Assembly (NCBI RefSeq): GCF_009914755.1 | Contig: NC_060936.1 | Length of the DNA stretch: 64,000 nt | Reading direction: 5' to 3' (one strand) | Source of the DNA: the human T2T-CHM13v2.0 reference genome, Homo sapiens | Part shown: positions 48,718-62,629 of the stretch, one piece after another | Position numbering within the stretch: position 1 is the first letter of the stretch | Layout of the letters: each line of letters starts with the position of its first letter | The notes under the pieces: model-generated | What the model was told of the DNA's origin: nothing | What the model saw: only the letters and a program-made list of their open reading frames with translations | Databases searched by the model: none | Translations under genes and position numbers: made by a program

Positions 48718-49206
48718 TGAGTTCTGGGACTCTGCTGCTTCCCCATCTTCTGCCTCTGCAGATTCATCCTCTGCCGTTCTCTTCCCCCACCTCCCCAAGG
48801 AAGCTGACTTCTATGGGTCGAATCACCAGATCCTCTCTTCCCACTAGATCTGGGGTTGGGTTTGGCCACTGGAAGGCATTGACAGGATCAGAGGAGGACA
48901 GAAAGGCTGGTGTGTTTGCTGCTTCCCCTTCCCCACTGCTGGACTGCTGCTGGGCAGTGGTGGGTGCCTCTAATTCTTCATGGACAAAGCTTCCCCTCCC
49001 TGGGAGGCTTCCCTCTCTGCTATTGCTGTATTGGGGCCCAGCACCAACTCCCGCTCCCTGCCCCTCCGGGCCTTGGGGTGTTAATGGCTTCCCATTGTTA
49101 TGAATCCCTGGGTGCTTCCCCATCCCGGCATATCCTCTGAAAATGCCCCTTCCTTCAATTCTTTCCAGTCACCTCTGTGAGGTTCCTGTCAGTCCAGACT
49201 GATACA
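48718..49206 (+). mobile_element. LTR33-like ERVL LTR
   Basis: gttgggtttggccactggaaggca, ttggggtgttaatggcttcccattgtt, ends agactgataca. Confidence 0.7.
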
Positions 49207-49717
49207 GCGATAATTGGCTACTTTATTCTAATCCAGGCTTATCTTGTTTACTCCTTCATCCTCCTCACCTGGAATTGCAATCTACTCCCTGGGAAGAGAA
49301 ACACTGAGATGTCCCAGCCGGATGGAAGTTGATACCAAATTATTGTCTTTTCTTTGTTCAAGTGCGTGACACCAAATGGGTTCCCAGGCCTTCCCTGGTG
49401 GGAACTGAGGATCCAAATACTGTGCATGACTTTCTCCAGCACTTCAAGGAGTTACCCAGTATGCAGCTCGATTTATATGCAAATTCTTCAGAAAAAAACC
49501 AACAAAACAGCCTGGACTGAAAAAAACCACAACACAGCCTGGAAGCTGGTGGGAGATAATCCAGCCCCAGGTTCTGTGCCCCGCAGGAGTGCATTTCCCG
49601 GTCAACTCATGTCAAAAGTGGAACGTGACAGCCTTTCCTCTGACCTTAGTCAAGGCTTAGCCTCACTGGTGCTGACTGCTCTCCATCGGCCTGGTATGAT
49701 TAAAACAGGCTTGTCCC

Positions 49718-50930
49718 CAACAATGTGATACCACGACCCACCCACCATAATGGCTGCAATTAAACAGCGAAAATAATCAAATGTTGGCAAGTACTTGGAG
49801 CAACTGGAATTCTCAGGCTTTGACAGCATGAAGTCTGACAGTTTCTCGTAAAGTTAAACATATACCCAGCTGTACTGGTCCATTTTCATACTGCTATAAA
49901 GAACTGCCCAAGACTGGGTAATTTATAAAGGAAAGAGGTTTAATTGACTCATAGTTCAGCACGAGGAACTATAGTTCAGCCTCAGGAAACTTACAATCAT
50001 GGTGGAAGGTGAAGGGGAAGCAAGGCATCTTCTTCACAAGGCGGCAGGAAGAAGTGCTGAGTGAAGGGGAAAGAGCCCATTATAAAACCATCAGATCTCA
50101 TGAGAATTTACTCAGTATCACAAGAACAAAATGGGGGAAACTGCCCCCATGATTCAATTACCTCCACCTGGTATCTCCCTTGACATATGGGGATTTTTGG
50201 GATTACAAGATGAGATTTGGGTGGGAACACAAAGCCTAAACATATCACCAACCTATTCTACTCATAGGTATTTACTAGAGAACAATCAAAACATATGTCT
50301 TCATGAAGGTTTGCATATAGAACATTCATACCAGCTTCAGTCATACGAGCTAAAAGCTGGAATCCCCTGAGGAAAATAGATAATGGTATATTCATACATG
50401 GGAAAATTACTCTGCAGCAAAAAGGAAAGGACTATTGATTCACAAAATAACATGAGAGAATCTCAAAAATATGGCATGGAATGGAAGAAGCCCTCCATAT
50501 GCACCGAATGATCTGATTTATATGAAATTCTAGGAATAGGCAGACTAATCTATTATGAAGATGTCAGAATAGTGGTTGCCCCTGGAGAGGGTAGGATGGG
50601 CTTGGAAGGGAGCTGAAAGAACTTTCTGCAGCAGTGGTAGTGATGTACATCTGGAAGACTGTTTGGGTTGCAAAGGTGTACACGTGTCTCAAAGCTCATC
50701 ACTGGGCACTCTTAAGATTTGTGCATTTCATGGTGTGTAAAGTCTACATAAAAATGAACTATAAAAAATTGAACTCTACGTAATGATAGACAAACAAGTG
50801 TTTATATATAAAGTGTTGTGATGTCTGCAACTAACTGAAATGGACAAAGAAATGGATCAGTTGTTTTAGGGATGAATAGATAGGTGTGTGACAAAACAAG
50901 CACAGCAAAATGTTCATTGCAAAATAAAAC
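49718..50930 (+). mobile_element. L1ME/MD ORF2 end and 3'UTR interrupted by THE1
   Basis: caaatgttggcaagtacttggagcaactggaattctca; gtcagaatagtggttgcc; taagatttgtgcatttca. Confidence 0.75.
49871..50247 (-). mobile_element. THE1D-type solo LTR
   Basis: aagaagtgctgagtgaagggg...gggaacacaaagcctaaacatatca; TSD ccagc and ccaac. Confidence 0.92.
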
Positions 50931-51282
50931 AAAACTTGAGCCTGTCTCTACCCTGTTTTTCTAACACCACTCTCCACATGTGTTCTCCCCTGAACTGGAA
51001 ATTGACCAGTATTAAAAATAAAAATTTGGCCATGGGCAGAGCAGTGTCAAACATTTCTTCTTTTTTTTTTTTCCCCCTACAAAAGAGATACTCTGCCATG
51101 TTAAAAACAAAGCATGACAAAAAGTTAAAACATGATATGAAGTGTGTCATCCCACAGAGCCTTGACTCCTTGACTCCTTCTGGCTAGACTTTTTCTAGGT
51201 TGTTTTCCTTTGTGTAAGTATAGAAAAAAATAAATCACAAAAAGGATGCTGGCATGACCCCGGGCATGATGCTCTCGATAAG

Positions 51283-51520
51283 AATAATAGTGGCTATTCA
51301 CGTGACGCTGACTATGGGCTGAGCCCTGGGTTATCCTGTTTATATGCATTATATGCATCTTATTTTAGTTCTCACAACCACCATTGGAAACAGCAGCTAT
51401 TATTATCGCTGTTTTGTGGGTGATGAAAGTCAGGTTCAGCGAGGTTACATAAGTTGCCCAGTTACAGAGCAAACCATTATGGGAGCTGGGACTTGACAAC
51501 TGGTCTTTCTAATTTTCACA
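51283..51520 (-). mobile_element. MIR
   Basis: tctcacaaccacc...tattattatc...gaggttacataagttgccca. Confidence 0.75.
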
Positions 51521-51521
51521 G

Positions 51522-52075
51522 CAGGCACCACAAACTCAAATGCCCACAGGGCTTAGGCAGGTAAAAATAAGTAACGTGGGCTCTATGTAAATGGATGCAC
51601 CCGATGGGACCTGCTAACTCTCATTCGACTGAGTGTTGCGGCTACAATGGGGACGGGGGACTGTGGGAAGCTGGAGAACCCCTGCTCCATCTAAAGGGCC
51701 ACGTATGTTTCGTCTCCGGCTACTGTTTGACATACATGAATGTGGGCGGATCTCCGTCTAAAGGGCCACGTATGTTTCGTCTCCGGCTACTGTTTGACAT
51801 GCATGAATGCGGGCGGAGCTCCATCTAAAGGGCCACGTATGTTTCATCTCCGGCTACTGTTTGACATGCATGAATGTGGGCGGATGTGGCAGGCTTTTTA
51901 GTATCTCAAGTAAAGGCCAAATTTAGATTCTATCCTGAAATGTGTAAGTATTTAAATGTTGTCAACTAATTTAATATTAAGACACTGTATGTTAGCCAAT
52001 GCTATGTGATTACTAAAACACAGAAACGAAGTCAAACCAAATGTGTATTGAAGCAGACTATGCAACCTCCAGTAA
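51522..52075 (-). mobile_element. MER102 with an internal 67-bp triplication
   Basis: caaactcaaatgcccacagggcttaggcaggtaa, ggggactgtgggaagctggag, tttaaatgttgtcaactaatt. Confidence 0.75.
51685..51885. repeat. 3 x 67-bp tandem repeat
   Basis: Units start at 51685, 51752 and 51819; copies differ at 2-4 positions pairwise. Confidence 0.97.
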
Positions 52076-52121
52076 GAAGCTCATTACATAAACCGCCAGG
52101 CCATCCTGGGACTACGCAAGG

Positions 52122-52123
<2 letters not shown>

Positions 52124-52186
<63 letters not shown>

Positions 52187-52226
52187 CACACATATACATA
52201 CACACACATATATATATATATATATT
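52124..52226. repeat. (CA)n/(TA)n compound microsatellite
   Basis: Seen directly. Confidence 0.95.
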
Positions 52227-52296
52227 TCAGTTGTCAACTCGGAAGACACAAGTACATTTTCCTGGGCTAGCTCAGCATCTTAGAAACCACACCAGT

Positions 52297-52633
<337 letters not shown>

Positions 52634-53667
52634 CTAGAAGTTTCCTGAAGCACAGAATGCTGAGACGAGGAGGCCTCACCATCTCGCAGCAGGTGGGACC
52701 ACTGCAATTAGCATCTCCCAGGAACCAGGGGCCCACTTTCCATAGCAGGAAGGGCAGAAACGTCGATTTGCTAGAAGTCTCCAGCTATGTGGCTGTTGGC
52801 TTCCCCACGCAACTCATTTAAGTAGCTGGCACCTAAAACCAGACTGTTGGTGCCTGGGCAGTCTATTTGTCTACCAAGTGACAAGGTTGCTTTTACACCT
52901 GCCTGGGAAAAAGCTGCAGGAGTGACAGGAGTCAGGGGCCTCTGCAGGAGTACAGGAGCCACTGGTCCTGGCATGGGGTCTCCATAGGATGAAGAAAGAT
53001 CAGGGGACCTTTGTCTTCTCTTGGTGCTTCTTGATTTATCATTTCCCTCACTGAAGACTATTCCTTAACACATACCTTCTGACACTGTGGAATTGGCACA
53101 ATACTAGATACAGCTTAGATCTAGAGTATGTACATCTATTTAATATTAAAATAATTTAACAGTGAATTCAAATGGCAGTTTGCCCAATTGGGAGGCCCCC
53201 ACAACCACCCCACCAAGCCCCAGATTCAGTGTTTCTAAGATATGGGAGCTCCAGGAAGTGAAAAGAACCACACTTTATTCGGAATCCTAAAGGAGGGCTG
53301 CACTGAGCATAAGGACTGGTTCACTGTCACCATCGAGAAATGTTTATGAATGGTTGGAGGGAAGCTTTTAGAGGAAGAAAGCTGTCAAAAAGAAGTCTTT
53401 CTCTTCTGGGCTTCCTCTGAGTGGTTTCCAAAACAATGGAGCTTTTTGCAAAAGGTAAAAATTATAGCCATATTCACTGAGATAAAATGACAAGTTCAGA
53501 GTTAATAGAAGGAACAGTCATGATGATTCTTGGAAAATGTGTTCCCTTTTGAAAACAGTGAAGGTATTGTCCCTGGAAAAATTGCAGCTTTCTCTAAGAG
53601 TTTTAACTATGGTTTCCACTAAGGAGTCTGCTATTTGGGCTCCTCAATCCATCTCCTCTTTTGGGAT

Positions 53668-54005
53668 TTTTTTTTTACCAACAAGAGCTTTATTGATATA
53701 TAATTCACATACCACACAAATTATCCTTTAAAAGTATAAAATTAAGTGATTTTTAGTATATTCTCAGAGTCATGAAACCATGACCACTATGTAATTTTTG
53801 CCACACCCAAAAGAATCCCCATACCCATTATGAGTCACTTTCATTCCTGCTCCTGCCAGCCCCTGTGGACCCCTAATTTACTTTCCGCTCTATGGATTTT
53901 CCTATTCTAGACATGTCATATACATGGAGTTATATAAGACATGCCTTTCACGTCCAGCTTCCTTCACCTAATATGACGTCCTCAAGGTCCACCTGTATTG
54001 TGGTT
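53668..54005 (-). mobile_element. L1MB-type 3' end
   Basis: agctttattgatatataattcacatacca...tttttagtatattctcagagt...ctatggattttcctattctagacat. Confidence 0.85.
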
Positions 54006-54042
54006 CCCAGAGCTGTGATGGACCCTCAAGTTCACCTCCCCC

Positions 54043-54258
54043 AGGGGGGTTCCACCTGGGCTCTACAGACATTTAAGGTTGGATAATTCTATGTTTCGTG
54101 GGGCTGTCCTATGAGTCATAGGCTGTGTAGTGTCATCTCTGTCCTCTACCTTCCAGATGCTGGTGGTATCTCATCTTATTTTGATGGGAACCCAAAAGGT
54201 ATCCAGATATTGCCAAATGTCCCCTGGGTGGGGAATCACCCTTGGTTGAGAACCGCTG
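54043..54258. mobile_element. MER20 (hAT-Charlie)
   Basis: ggataattct...ggggctgtcct...ccagatattgccaaatgtcccctggg...ggttgagaaccgctg. Confidence 0.88.
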
Positions 54259-54487
54259 ACCTAACTAACTCTCTTCTCAAACTCTACCCAACTCCCATCA
54301 CCATTTAAAGAAACAAAACCCTGGAAGGCTGACTGACTTCCTGAAATCCCACAGTTAGCTAGCGGCCGATAGAGGGACTAGAGCCCTAGCTCTTGATATC
54401 TACTTTGTATCACTCTAAGAATCTACCTTTCAAATATACCTTTGCTGAAATCAGGCTGCTTTTTACCCAAATAGCATTTTCGTAAAG

Positions 54488-54677
54488 CCGTCTTTAAACT
54501 TCAACCCACAACCAAACCATCCAAAGAGCTTGTTAAAATGCAGATCTCCAGCCCCCAGCCCTAGAGTTTGTGATTTTGTAGGTCTGTGGTGGGGCCTAAG
54601 AACTTGCATTTCTATTAAGTTATCAGGTGATGCTGATGCAGCTGGTCTGGGGGTCCTGCTCTGAGAAGAACCATTGG
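54488..54677. mobile_element. MER5A
   Basis: gcttgttaaaatgcagat...gtaggtctgtggtggggcctaagaacttgcatttct...caggtgatgctgatgcagctggtc. Confidence 0.88.
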
Positions 54678-54689
54678 AGCATTCACTCA

Positions 54690-55010
54690 TCCTTTACTTG
54701 TCTGTGGACTGGGAGTCTCAAACACAATTATCTGCTGTGGCCAGGCAGAAAACACAACTGTGAGACATGAATGGTGTGAGGATGTTGTGGCTGGAGCTAT
54801 GGCAGCCATCATGTGACAGTGAGGACTGAGTCAAAGGAATTCCTGGGAAGCCAGCCTGGCTCCCCCTGCATGGCACTGCTACATAGCTGTATCTAGGACT
54901 GGCAATCTCTGAGCTTGATGTCATGCAGAATGGATGATAACTCCTATTATTAACCACTTTTACTTGGTTGTTCTGTTATCTTCTATCTGATTGCATCTTA
55001 AATGACACAT
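54690..55010 (+). mobile_element. MLT1I/J-like fragment
   Basis: gctggagctatggcagccatcatgtgac; ttaaccactttta...ttctgttat. Confidence 0.55.
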
Positions 55011-55958
55011 TCCCCTCTTAGCATGCAAATACAATGGGACAAGCTACTTCATCGATTTTTTTGTTTATCTCTATATTTCCATCATCAAGACGAGGGGCTG
55101 AGCAGAACTTCATCAATAAGAGGGGATTCAAGAAGCACTTAAATGAATGAATGAATTGTACTGCAGGGGCCATCTCATGCTTTGAGCATCTGTGTATAAC
55201 ATCTTCACATTTATTTTTATTTTTTCAAAATGCCATGTGTCTAAACACCACTTCCACTATTCTACCTTTTATTCTTTTACAAAAACACCCTTAAGCTTCT
55301 TCTAAGCAAAATATTTGCAATCCCAGTTTTGATATGTTACTTATATTTTCTAACACATTACATCAAATACACAAATGTTCTATTTCAACAAGATCTATTT
55401 AGCACCTGCAATCCTCACGCTTGCTGTGGTTCTGATCATGTCTACACTTTTCAGATGCCACACTGGACCACGGCCAGGGCTTAATTGGGTCCAGGCAGTC
55501 TGACTTCTTTGTGAATAATCGTAAAGTCTCCAACTCCCTTTCTCATCTAGAGCTGCTCCTTCCAGGTCAGGGGTGAGGCAAAGAGGAGGAGCTGTTCCCA
55601 CATGCTCTTACCATATGCAAACTGTGAATAAATAAAAGATGATGAGATCTCAGGCTGGCAGCAAAGGTCCTTGGAGCAGAAAGTAATTCACCAACAGAGT
55701 TGGGGTATGAATTGCAGTGCAGAGAGCAAGCAAATAAGCCCTGAAAATATTTGTTGATACAGGCACACCTTGGAGATATTGTGGATTTGGCTCCACTGCA
55801 AGAAAGCTTATATCTCAATAAAGAGAGTTACAGGAATTTTTTGGTTTCCCAGTGCATGTAAAAGTTATGTTAACACTATACTGTAGTCTACTAAGCATGA
55901 AATTGCATTATGTCTAGAAAATAACACTCATGCCTTAATTTAAAAATATCTTATTGAG

Positions 55959-56233
55959 GGCCAGGCATGATGGCTCACACCTGTAATCCAGCACTTTTGT
56001 GGGCCGAGGCAGGCAGATCACTTGAGGTCAGGAGTTTGAGACTAGCCTGGCCAACATAGTAAAACCCAGTCTCTACTAAAAATACAAAAATAAGCTGAGT
56101 GTTGTGGCGCACACCTGTAGTCCCAGCTACTAGGGAGGCTGAGGCAGGAGAATTGCTTGAACCTGGGAGCCGAGATTGCACCACTGCACTCCAGCCTGAG
56201 TGACCCAGCGAGACTCCAAGTAAAAAAAAAAAA
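55959..56233 (+). mobile_element. AluS inside Tigger1, with a ~17-bp right-arm deletion
   Basis: gaacctgggagccgagattg lacks gcggaggttgcagtgag; TSD ending ttattga on both sides. Confidence 0.95.
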
Positions 56234-57963
56234 GTGTTATTGATAAAAATGCTAATGATAATCTAAGCCATTAACAAGTCATAATCTTTTTGCTGGTGGA
56301 GGGTCTTGCCTTGAGGTTGATGGCTGCTGGCTGATCAGGCTGGTGGATGCTGAAGTTTGGGGCGGCTGTGGCAAGGACTTAAAATAAGACAACAATGAGG
56401 TTTGCTGCATTGATCGACTCTTCCTTTCATGAATGACTTCTCTGTAGCATGCGATGCTGTTTGATAGCATTTTACCCACAGCAGAACTTCTTTCAAAATT
56501 GGAATCATTCCTCTCAAATCCTGCTGCTACTTAATGAACTAAACTTATCTAATATCCTAAGACCTTTGTTGTCATTTCAACGACGTTCACAGTATCTTCC
56601 CCAGGAGGAGATTCCATCTCAAGAAACCACTTTCTTTGCTCATCCATAAAAAGCAACTCTTCTTCTGTTCAAGGTTTGTCATGAGATTGTGGCCATTCAG
56701 CCCCATCTTCAGGCTCTACTTCTACTTCTAGTTCTCTTGCTGTTTCCCCCACACCTGCACTGACTTCCTGCACTGAAATCTTAAACCCCTCAAAGTCATC
56801 TAGTGGGGCTGGAAACAACTAAGTTCTTCCAAAGCCTTGTTCATGTTGATATTCTGAGGTCCTCCCATGAATCACACATGTGCTTAATGGCGAATAGGGA
56901 ATCCTTTCCAGAAGGTTTGCAATTTACTTTGCTCAGGCCCATCAGAGGAATCACAGTCTCTGGCAGCTATAGCTTTACAAAATGTATTTCTTAAGTAGTA
57001 ACACTTGGAAGTCAGAATTACTTTTTGCTTTGTAGGCTGCAGAGTGGATGTTGTGTTGGCAGGTGTGAAAACAAGATTCATCTCGCACATCTCCATCAGC
57101 ACTCTTGGGCGATGAGGTGCATTGTCATTGAGCAGGAATATTTTGAAAGAAATCTTTTCTTCTGAGAAGTAGATCTCAACAGGTAGGCTTAAAATATTTA
57201 GTAAACCATGCTACAAACAGATACGCTGCTATACAGGCTTTGTGGTTCCATTTACAGAGCACAGGCAGAGTAGATTTAGCATAACTCTTAAGGGCCCTAG
57301 GATTTGGGGAATGCTAAATGAGCACTGGCTTCAATAAAGTTACTAGGTGCATTACTCCCTGACAAGACAGTCAGCCTGTCCTTTGGAGCTCTGAAGCCAG
57401 GCACTGACTTCTTCTCTCCAGCTATGAAAGCACTAGATGACATCTTCTTTCCCTGGAAGGTTGTTCTTGCTTAGTGTAGCCTCCTTCCCCAATGATATTA
57501 GCTAGATCTTCTGGAGAACTTGCTGCAGCTTCTCCATCAGTACTTGCTGCTTCACCTTGCACTTTTATATTGTGAAGATGGCTTCTTTCCCTAAACCTCA
57601 TGAACCAATGTCTGCTAGCTTCCAGCTTTTCTTCTGCAGCTTCCTCGCTCCTCTCAGCCTACATAGCCTTGCTCTGGATTAGGCTTTGGCTCAAGGGAAT
57701 GTTGCAGCTGGTCTGATCTTCTATCTAGACCACCAAAACTTTTTCATATCAGCAAAAGGCTATTTCACTTTCTTATCATTTGTGTGTTCACTGAAGTAGC
57801 ATTTTTAATTTCCTTGAAGAAGTTTTCCTTTGCATTCACAACTTGGCTAACTGAGGCGAGAGGCCTAGCTTTTGGCCTATCTTGGCTTTCCATCTGCCTT
57901 CCTCACTCAGCTTAACCATTTCTAGCTTTTGATTTAAAGTGAGAGACTCTTCCTTTCATTTGA

Positions 57964-58292
<329 letters not shown>

Positions 58293-59520
58293 TGGCCTCA
58301 TTTCAATATTGTGTCTCAGGGAATAGGCAGGCCCGAGGAGAGGGAAAATGATGGGGGAATGGTGGGTTGGTGGAGCAGTCAGAAGACACACAACATTTAT
58401 TAAGTTTGCCATCTTCTATGGGTGGGATTTGTGGGGCCCTAAAGCAATTATAATAGTAACAGCAAAGATCACTGATTGCAGATCACCATAACAGGTATAA
58501 TAAAAAAGAAAAAGCTTGATATATTGTGAGAGTTGACCAAATGTGACACAGAGACATGAAGTGGGCACAAGCTGTTCGAAAAATGGTGCTGACAGACTTG
58601 CCTAACACAGAGTTGCCGTGAACCTTCAATTTATAACAAATGCAATATCTTGGAAGCAGAGTAAAGCTAGGTAAGCCTATATAAGATTAATAAGCCTTGG
58701 ATATAAGAAAAGTCTTCAAAATGGGCTGTTTTCAGCAAAACTACTTTGAGATGAAAGATATGATACGTTGTACTCCCAGAAATATTTCTTACCTTGTACC
58801 TAAAATTTATAAAATAGGATATTCCCTAATGATAGGTTATTTCTCATATAGGCTTAAACAGCCTCTGTCTAGCTGGCTCTTTTTGTCCAAAGTCATGCTT
58901 TTTCTCACCAAAGATTTTCAGCCTGAGGGATTCTTCATCTGATGAGTGGATGATCTTTATAACACCTTCAGCTTCTGACTCTCATATTGCATTAAACCAA
59001 TCTTCTTTTGTGATTTATGTTTACGCCAGTGTTCAATTCTAGCACCTTCTCCTTCCTGCATTCTCAATTTCCTCTCAGATTCTTTTTATCTCGATAATAC
59101 CATTTTTGTAGCTAAGTCATAGGCTGTCACTTAGCATTTATGAACTGAGAGGTAATGCATGTGATAACTTTATTTTTGTGAATATCCATAATGACTAATG
59201 CATTGATTGAGTCCTTAGGATGGAGTCTCAACTTCTAGCCCACCCATCCCCCAGTTGCCAGCATTTTTAACAATCCGCATGTGCTGAGGAGGTGATGAAA
59301 ATCTGTAATCCTTTTTCAGGGTTTTCAGATGTTCCGAAGAGAGACACGAATATCTCCAAATTGCTCAAATTTTGGAGTAATTTTAAGTTGTGGTTCAAGA
59401 AAAGAGGGAAATACGAATTTATTTTAATAAAAATTGGACCAGAACAAACGTAGCCTGGTTACATAAATACTCAGCCAACATAATAATTAGGGCATCTGAA
59501 ATAACGATGCCCCGCTTTTC

Positions 59521-60709
59521 TTTATTTTATTTTACCTTAAGTTGCAGGATACATGTGCAGAACATGCAGGTTTGTTACATAGGTATATGTGTGCCATGGT
59601 GGTCTGCTGCACTTATTAACCCGTCCTCTAAGTTCACTCCCCTTGCCCCCCACCCCTCAACAGGCCCTGGGGTGTTTTGTTCCCCTCCCTGTGTCCATGC
59701 GTTCTCATTGTTCAACTCGCACTTATGAGTGAGAACATGCAGTGTTTGGTTTTCTGTTCCTGTGTTACTTTGCTGAGGATGATGGTTTCCAGCTTCATCT
59801 ATGTCCCTGCAAAGGACATGATCTCATGTATTTTTATGGTTGTGTATTATTCCATGGTGTATATGTACCAAATTTTCTTTATCCAGTCTATCATTGATGG
59901 ACATCTGGGTTGGTTCCATGACTTTGCTATTGTAAATAGTGCTGCAATTAACATACATGTGCATGTGTCTTTATAGTAAAATGATTTATATTCACTTGGG
60001 TATATACCCAGTAATGAGATTGCTGGGTCAAATGGCATCTCTGCTTCTAGATCCTTGAGGAATTGCCATATTGTCTTCCACAATGGTTGAACTAATTTAC
60101 ACTCCCACCAACAGCGTAAAAGTGTTCTTATTTCTCCACAGCCTCACCAGCATCTATTGTTTCTTGACTTTGTAATAATCACCATTCTGACTGGCATGAG
60201 ATGGTATCCATTGTGGTTTTGATTTGCATTTCTCTAATGATCAGTGATGTTGAGCCTTTTTTCATAGGTCTGTCGGCTGCATACATGTCTTCTTTTGAGA
60301 AGTGTCTGTTCATGTCCTTTGCCCATTTTTTGAGGGGGTTGTTTTTTTCTTCTAAATTTGTTTAAGTTCCTTGTAAATTCTGGATACTAGACCTTTGTCA
60401 GATGGGTAGATTGCAAACATTTTCTCCCATTCTGTAGGTTGCCTGTTCACTCTTATGATAGTTTCTTTTGCTGTGCAGAAGTTCTTTAGTTTAATTAGAC
60501 CCCATTTGTTAATTCTGGCTTTTGTTGCAATTGCTTTTCACATTTTTGTCATGAAGTCTTTGTCCATGCCTATGTCCTGAATGGTATTGCCTAGGTTTTC
60601 TTCTAGGGTTTTTATGGTTTTGGGTTTTACATTTAAGTCTTTAATCCATCTCAAGTTAATTTTTGTATAAGGTGTAAGGAAGGGATCCAGTTTCAGTTTT
60701 CTGTATATG
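59521..60709 (-). mobile_element. 5'-truncated L1PA8A-like element
   Basis: Perfect TSD gatgccccgcttttc (59506-59520 and 60710-60724) with TTTC/AA endonuclease site; ORF2 peptides ([23 protein letters not shown]); aacccgtcctctaagttc short 3'UTR form. Confidence 0.95.
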
Positions 60710-60729
60710 GATGCCCCGCTTTTCAAGAG

Positions 60730-60925
60730 TGATGTGGTACATTGCAGTAAAGGGAGCCCAGGATTCCACACCAAGGGCCAGGGTTTGATACCACCACTTA
60801 TTGCCAATCTGGTATTGCGTATGTCACTTACAGTATGTATCTCAGTTTCCTTATTTGTATTACAAATATTTTAAGTGAAAAGGTTGTAAGAGAAAATTAT
60901 TCCAAATCATGTAAAGTTCTTATAA
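60730..60925 (+). mobile_element. MIR
   Basis: cagggtttgataccaccactta...gtcactta...ctcagtttccttatttgta. Confidence 0.7.
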
Positions 60926-60945
60926 ATGAAATCATTATGAAAAGG

Positions 60946-61136
60946 CCCCATCTCTACTAAAAACACACAAACAAAAATAACCAGGCATGGTGGCACATGC
61001 CTGTAATCCAAGCTACTTGGGAGGCTGATGCAAGAGAATCACTTGAACCTGGGAGGTGGAAGTTGCAGCGAGCCAAGATCACACCATTTCACTCCAGCCT
61101 GGGCAAAAACAGTGAAACTCCATCTCTAAATAAATA
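60946..61136 (+). mobile_element. 5'-truncated AluS (linker and right arm)
   Basis: cccatctctactaaaaa...gtgaaactccatctctaaataaata. Confidence 0.9.
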
Positions 61137-62629
61137 GGCAAAGCCATCTTGCTGTTGTACCTACTTAGCCTGTGTAGCTTACATAATTTATTACTGATGC
61201 AAATGCAGTGGTACTTTGTCCATCTAACTTCTCAGAGTTAGTGTCCTTAGTTTGCAAAATTTATTTTTTTATGTCCAAAATCCTTCTAGGTTTAGTAGAG
61301 TTGAAACTCTTATAGGGTTTAAGACGTGAAGTAAAATGTCTGGCAGAGTCCACATTACCCTTGCATACTGCTTACTCCTCACCCTTGCAAAACATCAAGT
61401 GGAGTCTGGAGTAATTCCAACATATGTGCGCTCCCTTCCAGTGAACACACTGGTCATAGTTTCCTTTGGTTGAACTTGGGAGCCACTGAGGGGGCTTATG
61501 TTCAAGGACCACGTTGCGTGGAACTAGACATCTTCAAATGCACATGCAGAGAGATGTTCATACCTCCAGAGTTATCTGAGAAGGGAGACTGTCAGGAGGA
61601 GAGCAGATTTCAACTCCATTCTTGCCTTTGCCACCAGGTATCTGCTCAGTGTATGAGTGGTGGCAAAATCTCCCTCACTGTTGGGATTAATATTTATCTC
61701 CCTGTATATCCCACCCCCCAAGCTTATGTAAGCAATTGGATTCCCACAACAAATTTACATACAGTGTGACTCCACCATACTGTTTAGAAGAGCAGGTGTA
61801 ATTATTTCACTGAAGAACAGAGGGATGTAGCCACCATTGGGTTGCCATAGGCTGTTGTTGGGACCCGTAATTCTAGCTCCTGGAACTTCAGGAAATTTTC
61901 CCTCTGCTTGGCCAAGGCCACAGAGGAAGGCGAATAGCAAGAAGATGGTCTTTCCTTCTCTGATCTAGGGAGGGGACTCCTTGCCTCCTGGGATTTGCAG
62001 AATCCTCCCCAAATTGCTTTGATGGCTCTCGCTACCACACAACACTGCAGAGAATAATTACAGTGAATTAAAATCCACTTCAAGACTTTTGCCAGGGCCT
62101 CTGAGAGGACATGAAATGTCTTCCTGTTGGCAATTAACTTCGCTGAAGGGCAGCCAACGAGATCAGGCTGGGCATCACTTATCACAGGTGGGAGGACCAA
62201 GTTGAGTGATTAACTCCTAAGAAATAGAACTCTGTCCCTGGCATGTGCCATGGGCATTGCCCAGTGACAGCTGTTAAGAAGTAAAGTGCCAGGCATGGAG
62301 GTGTATTTAGTCTGAGAACAAATGCTGCGATTTGGGAAAGATCCTGTTGAGCATATTGGAAGGGAAATGCAAACACAGCCAGGACTGCCCCCAGCCGTCT
62401 TGACTGCGCTTCAGGCTGAGAACCTTCTCTTTGGTTTGGTGCATGGCTTGAAAATTCCTTATGGATGGAGGCACTCACAGTGCTGAAAAGTAACAGGCTA
62501 GCACAACCACATAAATTTTAGAAAATGGGGAATTAACTAGACAAAAGAAAAAAATGAAAATATTTATAAGTGGAATTACAAGTAAGAGTATCTCATTCTT
62601 GCTTATGACTTAGATTTTGAAGTCAGTGC

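Noticed and set aside
51685-51885. CRISPR-like repeat-spacer array
   Set aside because: The whole 67-bp unit is duplicated, with no variable spacer
56279-57102. TIGD1-like protein-coding gene
   Set aside because: Short broken frames, mutated catalytic motif, and embedded in a complete transposon
59677-60807. L1 ORF2 peptides as a functional CDS
   Set aside because: 1.2-kb 5'-truncated copy with disrupted frames
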